DNA of 63,897 nt, filler included, from Ministeria vibrans ATCC 50519 (GCA_943704425.1; 11 parts of 11 records of this genome joined end to end with filler, not necessarily neighbours in it); one strand, 5' to 3'; shown: positions 1 through 19,807, counted from the first letter of the whole stretch. A program made the numbers and translations. Notes: generated from the letters alone by a model not told the origin.

Positions 1-90
<90 letters not shown>

Positions 91-102
91 TTTGTACACA
101 CC

Positions 103-3019
103 TCGTGCTCATTGACTTTCTTCTCGACTGGCCATCGGTCAACTCCTGGCTCTCCTTCTGGCAACAACGCAAACACCAGCTCGGATCGCCCCTTTTTCGG
201 TGCAACAGTGGTTGTAAAATTAAATCTATATAATATACAACAGTTAAGTTTCGCGCTCAAAATGGCATAAAACAAAAAAAGAGACCTGTGTAAAAGATCC
301 TCCATTGATAGAAGAATATCGCGCTCTTTTGATGCCCAAACGCCGCCAGCATTGCGTGCCAGATCCGCCTGCAGATGCATTCCCTTCTTCGCCTTGGACG
401 TGCACAAGTAGCTCAACTCACGCGCCCACCACTCAGGCTACAAGAAAGAGAGAGAGAATAAAAATAGGGAGAGTGAGAGAAGAAAACACACAGAGAGTGT
501 GTGTGTGTGTGTATGTGTGTGAAAAGCAAATTGTAGCATCGCAGAGAGGGAACAATGTGATTACCTTGAGAAAGACAAAGGTACTGAGTTCGGGATCGTG
601 TTCGAAGTAGAGCAGTTCGCGCTGCTGTCGCATGTACTTAAGCAGCTCGTTGGTGACGGTAGCGGAGTCGGTGCCATTGAGCAGCATACGACTAACATAA
701 CCGCGAAACCGGTCATAGTCAATCACTGTAGAGTTGAAAATGTGAGTCTGAAATCAAAATGCGATGTCACGCGAGTTCTACCGGGAATTTGAGCGTCTGA
801 CGCGAGAGACTTGAGGGAGTTGCGGAAGGCATTGTACTCTTTGAAGAGGCCACGACACGTGTCGTCGAGCTCAAAGAGCGCATTAAGGACCGACGTGCGA
901 ACTTCGTCCATTGAAATGTTGCCACCCTTCTGGCCAGGGTCCGGATTCGTTCCACTCACCCCAAAGAAGCCTTTCACCTAGATACAGAAACAAAGAGAGA
1001 GACAGAAAGAAAGAGAGAGACAGAGAGACAGAGAGAGGAAAAACGAGAGAAAGAGAGAGAGAGAGGGAAAACGAGAAAAAGAGAAAGAGAAAAGAAAGAG
1101 AACAAAGTGAAAGAGAGAGAGAATGAGAAAATGGAACAGTAAATGGCGTGTTGATACGTGTTTTGACTTGGCCGGTCCCAGATACTCACGGACCACATCC
1201 AACACATACTTGACGGCCTTGTCGCTGCTTGAGCGGTCGTCCGAGGTGAAGCGGGGATCGTCACGATGGGTGCCAACAACAAAGATGTGTGTGTGGGGCG
1301 CATGGGCATATACACGCAGAATGTTGTGCTCAATGTTAGCCAGGACAAAGTCGCTCGTGTCGAGCAAAGAAAAGCAGATGATGGCAATGCCGTTGTCGGT
1401 GATGAAAAAGGATTGTGCAGAGAGCGCATTCTAACAAAAGAGCAGAGAGAGAATGACAAATGCCCTCCCATCACTCACTCCCTAATATTCACTTACGGTA
1501 TCTCCTGAGAATTCGGTGACGGGCAACGAGACAGTGAGAGGGCAGGTGGCGCGCGGAGTGAAGTTAACAACCATGCTGTGCGACGTCATGTCCATGCCGG
1601 GTCTGTGTATTGCAATATCTGCTGCTTCCACCTCGTCGGACTTCTTGACATCAAACGTCTTCCAGCGCGTCCACTTTTCGGTGCGACAGAGAGAACGGGC
1701 TAGAGCCGTTTTGCCGACGCCCGTGTCGCCCATGACCATGACGTGTGCGCCGACGCATATGTTGCTGACGTACCCTTCGCTCACGAGACGCTCGCGCAGG
1801 GCAAAGACGACGTCGCGCGTGCCGCGGAGCACGGTCTGCGGCAGCGGAAAGACGAGGGGGCAGTCGGTGCACACGAGATTGATGAGCTCGGTGAGCATGG
1901 CGTAGGTGGGAGGGATCTCTGTGATGGGGTTTCGCGACACGTTGAGACTGTTGAGCTTGCGAAGACGACCCAGCTCGGGCGGCAAATACTTGATTTCGTT
2001 CTTTTCTACATTGAGCGTGGCCATCTCGTTGAGGCGAACCAGGCTGCTGGGCAGTGCCGAGAGCGCGTTGTGGCTCGCATCCAACATGACAATGTGCGTG
2101 AGACGCCCGACTGTCTCTGGCAGCGCCACCAGACCATTATGTGACACGTCCAGCACTTTAAGCTTGGCCATGTTGCCGATGCTGTTGGGCAAGTTGGTCA
2201 GCTCGTTGTCCTTCAGGTGCAGCTCCGTCAGGTTGGTCAGCAGGCCAACGTCGGGCGGGAGACGCGTCAGCCGGTTTCGCTCCACACTCACGTAGGTGAG
2301 TGTTTCAAGGCGACACAGCTCCACAGGCAGCATGGTGGTGTTGTTCTTGTTCGATACAAACACCTCGAGCAACGAGAGTCCCTCCAGGAGCTCAGGTGCG
2401 ACTAAACGAATGACAGTGCATGATTGAGATCATGAAAAATAAAAATATATAAAAAAAACAAACACACAAAGACACAATAGGAAAACGGATCGCACTGGCA
2501 AAAGGCAGGGAGGGGAGAGGAAGGGAGGAGGGTTTCTTACTTGCGTCGAGTTGGTTGTTGGAAATGCGCAGCTCGAGAAGCGCAGAGAGCTTTGCGCTGA
2601 AGGCTTTGGGAAAGGCCGTCAGGTGAGTGCTGGAGAGGTCCAGGTGGCGCAGGCGGACGCCCAGGTCAAGGATGCGGTCGGGGAACTCCATTAGCGAGAG
2701 CTGCATGGCATCAGAGGAGGTGAGAGAGGCGTTAGAGGAGCGGAAGAAGAAGGGGGAAACGCAGGGAAGGCAAACCCCGCAGCAGATCCAACGCCACAGA
2801 GGCAACAGGCGCCCGACAATGCAGCGCGTCTCGGTCGCAGGGGGTTCACAGACGGGCTGTGCACAGGGTGGGGGCGTCGAGAAGGCAGCAAAGCGGCGTC
2901 GTCGGCGGTTTCACACGAGAGGACCGTCGGAGGTGCAATCAACGGCGGACTACTGATCATCCTACCTTGCTCAAGTCGAGCGAGCCCGACGTCTCGGCTT
3001 CCTTGACGCGCACCTCCAT
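103..3019 (-). CDS. Roco-family protein (LRR-ROC GTPase-COR), multi-exon, 3' end runs off window/contig
   Basis: ATG at 3019 (MEVRVKEAETSGSLDLSK, then GT intron); ~10 LRRs (LxxLxLxxNxLxxLP); P-loop GDTGVGKTAL; G3-like EFSG; ROC G4 VVGTHRD; COR-like LLYFEHDPELSTFVFL and FALLPEGEPGVDRWP; GT-AG introns between these blocks. Confidence 0.85.
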
Positions 3020-3530
3020 TGTGTTCTACCGGAGAGTGAAAAACAAAAGTGACAACACTCGTCACTCAGATGACAATTGACGCAACAGTGAATAACAACT
3101 GAGTTTACGGACAAGAACACATAATTATATTTTATTCTCAGGATAAATACTCGCTGAATAGACAGAATAATCAATCATGAGCCTTCATGTAAATAAAACA
3201 AGCATTGGCTTGATGGAATTTAAGGAGACTATGAGACTGGAAACGAGAAATTTGGTGGAAATTTGCGGTTCTTTTTCAACCCAAAATCTGAATCCGACAT
3301 ACAATTAAAGTCATTCAGAAAAGACGATAATGAGTCGCATCATACAGCGGTCAACACTTACTGGTTACGTATTTACAGCGCCTATCTGAAGAAAATAGCA
3401 GAGAAAGAGTGCGGTCTGTGTAGGTAACTGTGTGTAACAGAAAAGATGATCAGTAAAGGTCGTGAGTTAATCGACTATTCGACTTATCGTCACTCAGTCA
3501 CTCACATATTTAATATTCTGATACGAAACG

Positions 3531-3725
3531 ATGCAGATGGAAATTGATGTTGCCACGCAGTCGCGCCTGGAAGCGGCCAACGTGCTGTCGCCCGACGTCG
3601 TCGCCAAGTATCATGCTGCCAGCGAAATCACCGCACGCACTCTCGCCATTCTCGCCCAGGAGTGCGTGGCTGGCGCGCGCGTGGCCACGCTGTGTGCGCA
3701 GGGCAATGCATACGTCGAGGGAGAG
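3531..3725 (+). CDS. PA2G4: Proliferation-associated 2G4/EBP1-like protein, first exon only
   Basis: LSPDVVAKYHAASEITARTLAILAQECVAGARVATLCAQGNAYVEGE matches the PA2G4 N-terminus; GTACGC donor follows; remainder lost at contig break 4247. Confidence 0.7.
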
Positions 3726-4247
3726 GTACGCAATATGGCCGCGGGCGTCCGTGGGCGGCACCGGCGTGCACGCCGCCCGTTTCAACCCATCGCTTCATCT
3801 TGCACGTGTCCCCATTCTGGACCCTTTTGAGCCCACCGACGACTTCCTGCCACTATGTGACTGTGTTCCCATCCTCTTCTCGCCCCATTGACCCTCCAAA
3901 GCGCTCCCTGCCTCTTAAACACGAAGTTCATTTTTTCTCAAGTCATCTTGCGAAATGCGTTTTTTTTTTCTCATTGTCTATCTACGCCTTCTCCTAAGCA
4001 CCTCGTGTCTTCGCTCACACGCGAGTGTGGAATCTCTGTGATACTGCGCCTTTCCTGTACTCATACGTGCCCTTTTGACCCTCTCCATCTCTTGTTCTCT
4101 TTCTCTCCATTACTTCCATCATTGTTCTCTCTCTGTTCTCTCTCTCTTGTTCTCTCTCTATCACTTGTTCTCTCTCTTGTTCTCTCTATCACTTGTTCTC
4201 TCTCTTGTTCTCTCTATCACTTGTTCTCTTTCTATCTCTCTCTCTCT

Positions 4248-4347
4248 NNNNNNNNNNNNNNNNNNNNNNNNNNNNNNNNNNNNNNNNNNNNTTAATTAAT
4301 TAANNNNNNNNNNNNNNNNNNNNNNNNNNNNNNNNNNNNNNNNNNNN
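4248..4347. other. Artificial contig spacer N44-TTAATTAATTAA-N44 (also at 5715, 21405, 24213, 26001, 30097, 50413, 56243, 58396, 60578)
   Basis: Identical 100-bp structure occurs 10 times; TTAATTAATTAA places stops in all six frames. Confidence 0.97.
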
Positions 4348-4435
4348 GTATGTATGTATGTATGTATGTGTATGTATGTATGTGTGTGTCCTGTGGTGTG
4401 TCTTTGTGGTGTGTGTGTGAGTGTGTGTCGCTTAC

Positions 4436-4926
4436 GCTGAGAATGTCACAGAGAGTCTTGAGGCAACTTTCGTTCTTGACCGTCGCCAGATTGTCCTGAC
4501 CAGCAACTTCAGTGTCGTTAAACTCAAGATTTCCAATGGTCAGTACAGCAGCGACCAATTGAAAGCACTACGGAAAGAGAGAGACAGAGACAGAGAGAAA
4601 CATAGGGAGAACGAAACAAAGTGGTAGAGGGGATAAGAGGAGGGAGAAAGAAACAAAGTGATAAAGAACCATTGTTAGATACAGTGCCAGACTACTAATA
4701 CTTCCGTACGTGCTGCTTGTCGAGCTTGGTGAAGCCACACACGTCCATGGCCGTCGTCGTCTCCTTGTACCACGTCTTGTCGTCAATGCCAGACACCTTC
4801 ATCACATTGCTCGCTGTCAGGTACTTGTACGAATCGGCTGAGCCCAAGTGCAGCGCTTCTTTCTCAGGGTGTGCCGCAAGCATCTACAACCAACCAAAGT
4901 CGACCATATCAATCAAATCACTCAAT

Positions 4927-4966
<40 letters not shown>

Positions 4967-5571
4967 TGTACCTGGTAGAAGATGTGGAATGAACGCTCCT
5001 CTGGATGCCGACGAACCACTCGCGACTTCTCAAGAAGGTACTCGGTAATGCGTCCACCCACCGGATCGCCACGGTAGTTAAACTCAATCTCAAAGTACTT
5101 TCCAAAACGCGACGAGTTGTTGTTGCGCACCGTCTTGGCATTGCCAAACGCCTCAAGCAGTGGGTTCGACTCCAGAATCTGTTGCTTCACCTACAACAAC
5201 AACAAAGACACGTCAAAAAACCCCCCCACACCTATCAAACCCATGCACACACACGGACCTTTTCAACATCAGCTCGCTTCGAACTGACCGCCGCAATGTA
5301 CTCCATAATCTTCTTGGACGCCTCCGTCTTTCCAGCACCAGACTCTCCGCTGATAATCACACACTGATTCTCGCGGTTCTGCACCATGTTGCGAACGCAG
5401 TTGTCCGACACCTACAAGTCACAAAAAAGGTGTCAGAGAAGTCAACAGAAACGCACAGTCGTTTCCACTTACAGCGTAGACGTGGGGAGGGTTCTCGTAC
5501 AACATTCGGTTGCGGTACTTGCCGAGAGTCGATGGTCCGTACAGACCCTTGATCATCTTGTACGGATTTAC
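4436..5571 (-). CDS. MYO1: Class I myosin heavy chain, N-terminal motor exons (continues at 24146)
   Basis: [29 protein letters not shown]-loop, [42 protein letters not shown]. Confidence 0.95.
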
Positions 5572-5638
5572 TGTGAGGCGATGGAGTAGTGTGAGCACAA
5601 CAAACATTGACATGACACGACTTGAGCGACTCAGATTG

Positions 5639-5672
<34 letters not shown>

Positions 5673-5814
5673 TTGTTTCTTTCTCACTCTCATCACTTTC
5701 GCTCTTTCTCGCTCNNNNNNNNNNNNNNNNNNNNNNNNNNNNNNNNNNNNNNNNNNNNTTAATTAATTAANNNNNNNNNNNNNNNNNNNNNNNNNNNNNN
5801 NNNNNNNNNNNNNN

Positions 5815-5872
<58 letters not shown>

Positions 5873-5985
5873 CGAAGTGATAGAGAGAGGGAGAGAGAGA
5901 GAGAGAGGAGAAACAAAGTGATAGAGAGAGAAACAAAGTGAGAGAGAGAGAGAGAAACAAAGTGATAGAGAGAGAGAAACAAAAT

Positions 5986-6868
5986 ACCTTCTTTGTCGGC
6001 CCTTGCGTTTCCCGTGTACGGACGCTTCTTATAGGGCTTCTCGAGCAAGGCCTTGACCAGCGTCGCAATGGGTGTCTGTGCGTCCATGACAACCGGTGAC
6101 ACGAGAAAGCGCTCAAGCGACTCGTTCACCTAATGATGCATCAGCAACCAGTCGTCAAGTTACAAGTTGGCTTCTCGATTCAAACCTACCTCATCTTCCA
6201 TAAGCTGTCGGGTGTACGTGACCGATTGGATGCACTCGAGAACCGACTTGATTTTGCTTGATTCCAGTGCGTCGCACAGGATCGAGCACACCTGAGTGCG
6301 CGCCCTCTCCTGCTCCTCTTCCACTTCGGCATTCAGACTGCGCCAGAGAACAACACCACCCAATGAGTGACAATCCAGCGCGACACCCCGAATGCATGGC
6401 GTACCTTTTCATTTCCTTCTTGAGCGTGTGGATCGACTCGAGGGACTCGACTGCGGCGACGGGCGCCGCCACGTCGTCAGAGGCCGAACGGGACAGAATG
6501 AGTCCTTTAGCGTTGCGCGACACGACCGCTGCAAGACTCGGACACAGTTCGTGGACCACTGCGGCGGACGGGTACCAGCGGATCGTCTGGAGTGGGCTGT
6601 CACAAAGCAAAAGCCGACTTTGTCGCTCGACAAACGTCTCAAGCTTCGATTCGAGCAATGCCGCTCGCTCGCTCAGCGGTTTCGACGCAATGCGCTCCCA
6701 AAACTCCTTCAACGTCACTCTGTCGGCAGCCGTCAGCCCCTGGCCGCCGGCATTGTCGTCGTTGTCGTCGTTGCCGCTGCCATGCTCCAGAAACCGGTCG
6801 ACTGCGCTCGTCCAGTCGCTGGCGCGTAAAACGGCGAGGGGTACAGACACTGTCGTGTGTCGTGACAT
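5986..6868 (-). CDS. Hypothetical helical/coiled-coil protein, 5' exons, truncated by gap
   Basis: ATG 6868; exon blocks joined by GT-AG introns (KEMK|SLNAEVEEEQERAR...MEDE|VNESLERFL...ADKE); no recognised family. Confidence 0.6.
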
Positions 6869-7071
6869 GGTATCAACTCAGCACAACGTAAAAGATATGA
6901 CTTGAGTCTTTGATTTATACATGATCGTGTGAATTAGTCCGTTTCATTCTATTTGCAGTTGACTTGAAAGTGGAGTAGACAAGTCAGTAGACACAAGCTC
7001 ACAAGTCAGTGAAGTAACCAGAGTCCCAAGAAGCAAGACTCGCGTGGCTGTCGGATTGCTCGAGGGGCTGG

Positions 7072-13617
<6,546 letters not shown>

Positions 13618-13676
13618 TAAAATGAAGACGTGTTAAAGACCCAAAAAAAAGTGTATAATGTACAATCGAGCGACAC

Positions 13677-15554
13677 TCAGGGGGCACCAAAGTTGAGACC
13701 AATGCCAAACTTGGACTTATCCTGAGAAAAGTCATGGACACCCGTAAGACAGAGGGTGAGAGGGAACTGCAGAATCTGCTGATCAATCGTCGCCGCAATC
13801 ATTCCGTTGGTGTCGACCTGTCCGCGCACAATGCCAGTGCGGAACATGAACTGGTAGCCCACAGTGCACAGCGACGACAACTGAATCGAAACGAAAAGAA
13901 AAAAGAAAAAAAAGATGGAGAGAAACCAATTAATATCAGTTCAGATAGGCACAAAAAGAGAAACACTAAAAACTAATATAATTATCACCTTGCGAAGGTC
14001 GACTTCGAGTTCGGTGCAGAAGGCGCCCTTGCCCTTTCCGACCTGCTGGACGTGCGTGGCAGCGGCAATGCCCTGCGGGCTGAACGACAGTGTGCTAATG
14101 CTCTCTTGGCCGCGGTACCGGCCCGCCAGAAACACTCCGCTGTCCTCAATATTACCCTCCATCTGAAAGGCGACAGGATATGGCATCAATATGTCATTGA
14201 TGCACAAGATGTGGTGCATACCTGGTACATGAGCTCGGCACCCAGTGCAATTGTCGGCGTAATGCTCTGGAGGTAGTTGGCCAGGAACACGCCAGACTTG
14301 TCCAACAGACTGCCGTTGACCGTCTTCAAGCTCATGTGGAAGTCACTCCCCCTCAGCTCCACCTCCGACTGGTATCCCCAGCTCTTTCCGTGCGTCTGAG
14401 AGAAAACAACAACGAAAGCGATAACAGTTTGTATTGAGTGTTTATAGAGTGCATATGATTGCTCTGTTAAGATACCTGGAGGTTCAGCTTGGTGCGCACC
14501 ATGGAGTTCCACATGTGAATGACGGTGCCACTGACGTTGCCCGAGTGGTCAACGTTGCCCATGAGAATGGGATAGGCCTGCAGAGACAGAGAGACGACAG
14601 AAGCAGAGAGAGAGAGAGAGAGAACAAGTTGGAATGAGAGACGGGTATGACTCGACTTCTTTGCGTTGTACCTCTTCGCCCGCGCCCTTGTTCGCACCCA
14701 TGTAGGTGGGAGCAAAGTTGTACTCGGAACCCTTGGAGCCGCCAAGCTGAAACTGGTGCCTATACGCCAATGCGGAGAGAGGGTGGATGAGCAAAGGCGC
14801 TGGAGAGCCACTGCGCCGACTGGGGGGGGCGCTGGGCGCGCAGCCTGGAGCGCATTGCACACAGCGGCATGCGGTTGGCATGGAGTCGGCAGCGTGCGAT
14901 CTCCGTGTGAGCCGCAGCGAATGAGACACGAGCGAGCGAATGACAAAATGAAACTGTCCGGTGTGCGCCTGGTGCGTCCGCTATCGCCCATTTCCACAGA
15001 GGGACACGTTGGAAAAGACGCGTATGCGTGTGATCGTCGCGTGGCCGGCGGCGAACAGGGCCCGAGAAAGGGAATGACAAATTCGCACGCGAAGAGACTC
15101 AGTGGGGCTCAAAAAAAAAAAAAAAAAAAAAAAAGGAGAAGGGACAAAAAAGAGAGAGACTTACGTGACGGTGAACTGTTCCGTGAGGGGCATGGACGAG
15201 GCAAAGCGGAAGCCTTCCAGTGCGTGGCTGGACGCGAACATGTCTACGGATGTGCGAAGAAAGGAGAAAACGTGAGGGAAGAGAGAGACTCACGCGAAAA
15301 GCACATCGCCAGCGCAAGGAAGGGCGGCGGAGGGCGCGCGGGGCCGGGAGGGCGCGTGGGGTACCTTTGCATTCGCGGTGGAGGTGCTCGAAGGTGCCGG
15401 GGTAGCGCGAGGGCGTCTTGGCGGGCGCGGGAGCCGCAGGGGCAGCCGAGGCGGCCGCTGCAGCCGCCGCTGTGCCTGCCGCGTCGGCAGCAGGGGGCGC
15501 GGATGAAGGCACTCCCACGAGGGGCGCTTGGAGGGTGTCAGTGACGTTAGCCAT
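13677..15554 (-). CDS. TOMM40: Mitochondrial outer membrane translocase TOM40
   Basis: Pro/Ala-rich N-terminus, YPGTFEHLHRECK, YNFAPTYMG, YPILMGNVDHSGNVSG, YLQSITPTIALGAELMY, GYQFMFRTGIVRGQVDTNG, DKSKFGIGLNFG. Confidence 0.93.
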
Positions 15555-15846
15555 ACCAAATTATTTGGATTTTCATTTTTGATTTTTCGTCTGGGATTTA
15601 CTCATGATCACTCTGATCCACCTCTGATCACACTCTGATCATGCCTGATGAGCGAAGATGAAGCGAGGATGAGAAAGTTAGAATCAAAATTCAAATGAGT
15701 ATCAATGCTACATACTAAAAATGCTCAATTTCTGAGTCAGTGAGTCTACTTTTCAGTGACTTTTCAGTTTACTCACAAATTATGTCGACTAAAAAGTAAA
15801 AATCAGTCAGACGTCAATTTTTTATTCACCATCCACTTGTGCTCGA

Positions 15847-16259
15847 ATGGCACTTGTTCTTGGCATTGGTGTCGGTCTACTCATCGTTGTCATATTATGG
15901 TCGCTTCTGGCGCTGTCGTGCGTTGCAGCGGCGCGAAGTTCAGCATTGCTGAAATACGCTGCTGTGGGGGCCGTTGGCGTCGTGGTCGTGACGCTTGTGC
16001 TGGTGCTGTCGCCCAGGAAGTCTGCGGACGAGGCAGAAGGAGACTTTCCGACGGTAAGGCGTCAATCCAAAGCAAACGACACATTGACACTCCAATTGAC
16101 ACTCGTTTGACACTTCTTTGACACTCGTTTGATCTGTAGGATGCGTCGTATGCGGCGCGTGTTGCCGTCACCACCCTTGCCAGCCTGTGTGCTGTGTCGG
16201 CCCTTCTGCTGGTCTGTAAATTTGAAGTGATGGAGCAGCGACGAGCAAAGCTGCTGTAA
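15847..16259 (+). CDS. TMEM218: TMEM218-like ciliary transition-zone membrane protein (2 exons)
   Basis: MALVLGIGVGLLIVVILW start, three TM segments, exon 2 DASYAARVAV...VMEQRRAKLL* resembles the TMEM218 C-terminus. Confidence 0.75.
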
Positions 16260-16525
16260 ATTCTTATGTATGATACGATTGAAATGAACAACACTGTGAA
16301 ACTTATTGACAGACGACAAAGGCGAGTCGTAAAGGATGGAGTCGATGGGTTGTGAACCGGTAGGCCGGGTAGGGGATCAAACAGACCCATCAGACATCAG
16401 TAGAGACTGAGGGCGAGAGAGTCACCAGTCGAGAGATTCTGCGATTCGAGCAGAAAGTCAAAGCCTTTGAATAAAATTTAAACTCTGATCAGAATTGTTC
16501 ATTTCTACTGCTTGTATTGCGCAAC

Positions 16526-17565
16526 ATGGCTAGCGAAGACTACACGTGGGAACGAGAGGCACAGGTACACACTGGAGAGTGTGGCATGTCTTCACGATTT
16601 CTTTTGAGATTTTGACAAGGCGCAAAATTCAAAAAAAAAAACTTTCGTGTTTCGTTGTAGTTTCTGGGCTTTACACCGGTCGCCTTCTGCGACGGAATCA
16701 TCAATGCAGTAAACGACTACCTGTTTGACGGCATTGACGGCGTTCAGGTGAGACGAGAAGTGTGAAAAATTTGCAAGACAAATTTTGAAAGTTTTTTGTA
16801 GAGTGGTTTCTTAAAAGACGGCGCAATGAGTGAGGAGACAGTACGGGCGGGGTGCAATAGATTGCTTTCAAAGCTCCAGGATGCGACGGACGCGCGTTTC
16901 GACCTGTTTGAGCTGTACGTGCTCAACAACATTTTTCGAATTCCCGCGTCGGTCTGTGTGCCGGGCGACGAGCCACTGTGGGCCGCGACGGCGTGCAGCG
17001 GCGGCGAGGAGGCGTGTGCAAGAAAAGAACAGGAGCTTGACGCGGAGATTGTGCAGCTGCGGCGTCAGTTGCGAGCGGAGCGGTACATTGAGCGCAAGAA
17101 CAAGGCTGAACTTGCGGTGTTGGAGAAGGCAGTGGCGACGGGCGGAAAGATCCTGTCGCTGCACAAGGCGGCAGAGGCGCACGGTAAGGAGCCACGAGAC
17201 AAGGGGGATTTCTGACGCTCATGCTGGGTTGGGGCTGTGTAGCAAAGCACGAGAGTGTGTATCCCCTTGGCGAACACGTTTCGTTTCTGTGCGAGCAGGC
17301 AGAGGAGCTGAAGGGACTTCTAGCGGGTACACTGAAGCGCAAGGCAGCAACCATGGACAGTAGCAGTAGTAGTGGAGAGGTGAGCGCGGCCGACGTGTCG
17401 TTGTGGGACGTGCGACGCAAAGCAGTGCGCGTTGAGGGAGTCAAGGCTGCCTGTTTGCAGACAGGGCGACGATNNNNNNNNNNGGGGGAGGGGGGGGTTG
17501 CTCTTACCGTTGTTGATTTCTTTTTGGCGTAGGATCTGTTGACGAAACTCAATGGGAGTGCATAA
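16526..17565 (+). CDS. MIS12: Kinetochore protein Mis12
   Basis: EAQ|FLGFTPVAFCDGIINAVNDYL and DARFDLFELYVLNNIFRIP are Mis12 signature blocks, followed by a coiled coil; 5 exons. Confidence 0.85.
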
Positions 17566-17866
17566 GAAAGATTACGAATCGAAAATGGCAGAGAGAGGGG
17601 GAATCGAATGAACGAATTTAACTGTGAATATTATTATTGTCAATGTGCTATCATACCAAGTTATTGTGTACGCTGCAGGAGAAAGAGGAATCAAAAATGG
17701 ACTGGCACGACACTTCCTCGACTTGGTTGTTAGTATTGTCTGATTTCACTTGAATAACTTGGATCTGAGTGGATTTGCGATCTAAAAAATAAACAATGCA
17801 AACTGATCATTCACTCGTGCCATTAATCATTATTAGAATTGCAACTTGTGACAGCCATCTGCCAAT

Positions 17867-19713
17867 ATGTCTGACAACGAGGAGAAGCCAGCGGCGGCTG
17901 CCGAGGAGCCAAGCAAGCCTGAGAATGAGCCAGGCAAGCCTGAGGAGCAGGCACAGGCGACGTCTGCTGCTGACGGCGCTGCTGCAGCCTCTCCTGAGGA
18001 CACACCGGGTGCGCCGGCGGAGGAGAAGACCCCTGCCAGCGCCGGGGCGGCGACGGAGGCAGAGGCAGCGCCTGCGGCGGAGAGTGGTGAGAAGGAGGAG
18101 GGGCTCCAAGACGGAACTACCGACGAGGCTCCGGCTGCAGCCGCGGATGAGGCGGCGGCGGCGGCTGCCGAGGCGCCCACGGGCAATGGCGACGGCGGGG
18201 AGGGGGCGGGCGGGGAGCAGGAGAAGCAGGAGGAGGCGGAGGACGACGCAGACGCAGATGCCAATGTCATCACTGAAGAACCCAGAAAACAATCCATTCC
18301 GGATCCCGCCGAGGCAGACAAGCCTCCGCTGCGTCTTGAGCAGCAGGAGTTCAACGCCGACTACTGCAGCTGCGTAAGAATCCCAAAAATTTGCCTTTTT
18401 TTAAAAAAAAACTTTTTTGTGTTTTTTATTTTTATGAGTGTCTCTTGTGCTCTCTCTGTACTTCCCATTCTTACGCAATGAGGCTCCTGTGTGCAGTGGG
18501 TGTGTGTTTGTCAACATGGAGAGGGCGGTGTGTGCGTTGCGTGCCGTTTAGTGTGTTTGTTGTTGTGGCAACGGACTCTGTTTGCTCTACATAGAGCGTC
18601 GCTTAGTGTTTGTGCATTCTTCTTTTCACACTCATATTTGATGCCATGGTAGGGGGTTGCCAAGGGCGAGCGTACGTCGCTGTTCTACAACGTCGTCTTC
18701 AGCAACAAGAAGGGCGCCAAGTTCTCAAGGGAGAACATCACTGAGCTGCTGTCGGCGCACGAGCTCACAGTGTGCTTTCGCGGACGCGCACTCGACGGGT
18801 CATTCCACAAGGCGGCGCTCAAGCTCAGTTTTGTGGGGCAGCCTGTTATGGAGAAGGTATATGTATATACTTATTTAATTATAATGTTATTGTAGTTTAT
18901 AATACTACTATAATAATTGTGTTGTTGTATTGGTGGAATCATTTCGAGTTACCCTGCTGTTTGACTAAGTCAATCTGTTCCTTCACGCTGGGTGTGTCTT
19001 CTGTAGATGATTAACTCGTTGGCGCAGAGCAAAATGTCCTCCGTACGAACAAACTTTCCATTTATGTGAATTGCAAGTGACGCTCCTTTTGTGCGTGCAT
19101 GTAGATCCTGTTGGATTGTAAGAATGTGGCATCAATTGACAATAAGAAGAACTGGACGAAGGTCAGCGAGCGTTTTCCAATGCACATCCATTGCTTAACT
19201 TTTGTTCTGTTGTTCTTGTGTGGGTCTCTCTTGCTTGTCTGTGTCTTAGGCGTTTGATGGAAAAGCGTTACAGTGGGTAAGAGAAGAAACACAAAAGGCG
19301 ACCAGTGACGCAATTGACCATTGACTCATGCGAATCTTTGTAGAAAACGGGCACAAAGCGTTGTGAAGTAAGAGAAAGAGAGCGAGAGACAGTGAGAGAG
19401 ATGAGTGTGTGAAATGGGCTGAGTGTGTTTGTTGTGTTCAGGTGTACATTCTGACGGCCAAGACGCAAGAGCAGGTGGACGCAGTGTTCTCCTTCCACTC
19501 CGACTATGTCCACAAGTGGCGCGCACGCCCCTCCTTCTGCTGTCCGTGCATCGGGTACGCAACTTTACCGACACCACAAACACACATTCTCACCTTTCTC
19601 TCGATCACTTTGCTTCTCTCTCTCTTTTTTTCTCCTTCAGATGCATTTGCTGCCATTTGGCCAACACTGCCGAGGTTAAGTTTCCCCGTCAGGCCCGTCT
19701 CAATTACATGTGA
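17867..19713 (+). CDS. Hypothetical protein with long Ala/Glu-rich N-terminus and Cys-rich C-terminus (multi-exon)
   Basis: Exon 1 AE-rich, then several small GT-AG exons ending ...HKWRARPSFCCPCIG|CICCHLANTAEVKFPRQARLNYM*. Confidence 0.65.
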
Positions 19714-19807
19714 TCAGTGATCAGTGAACTTTTTCATTTTCTTTTTCTTTTTTTTTGTTTTTGTTTACTTTGTTGTCTAAACTTTTCAAATTTCACTATT
19801 GTCTTCG

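Noticed and set aside
4292-4303. Regularly recurring TTAATTAATTAA palindrome as a biological repeat or CRISPR-like element
   Set aside because: Always centred in exactly 44+44 Ns; it is a synthetic six-frame-stop linker.
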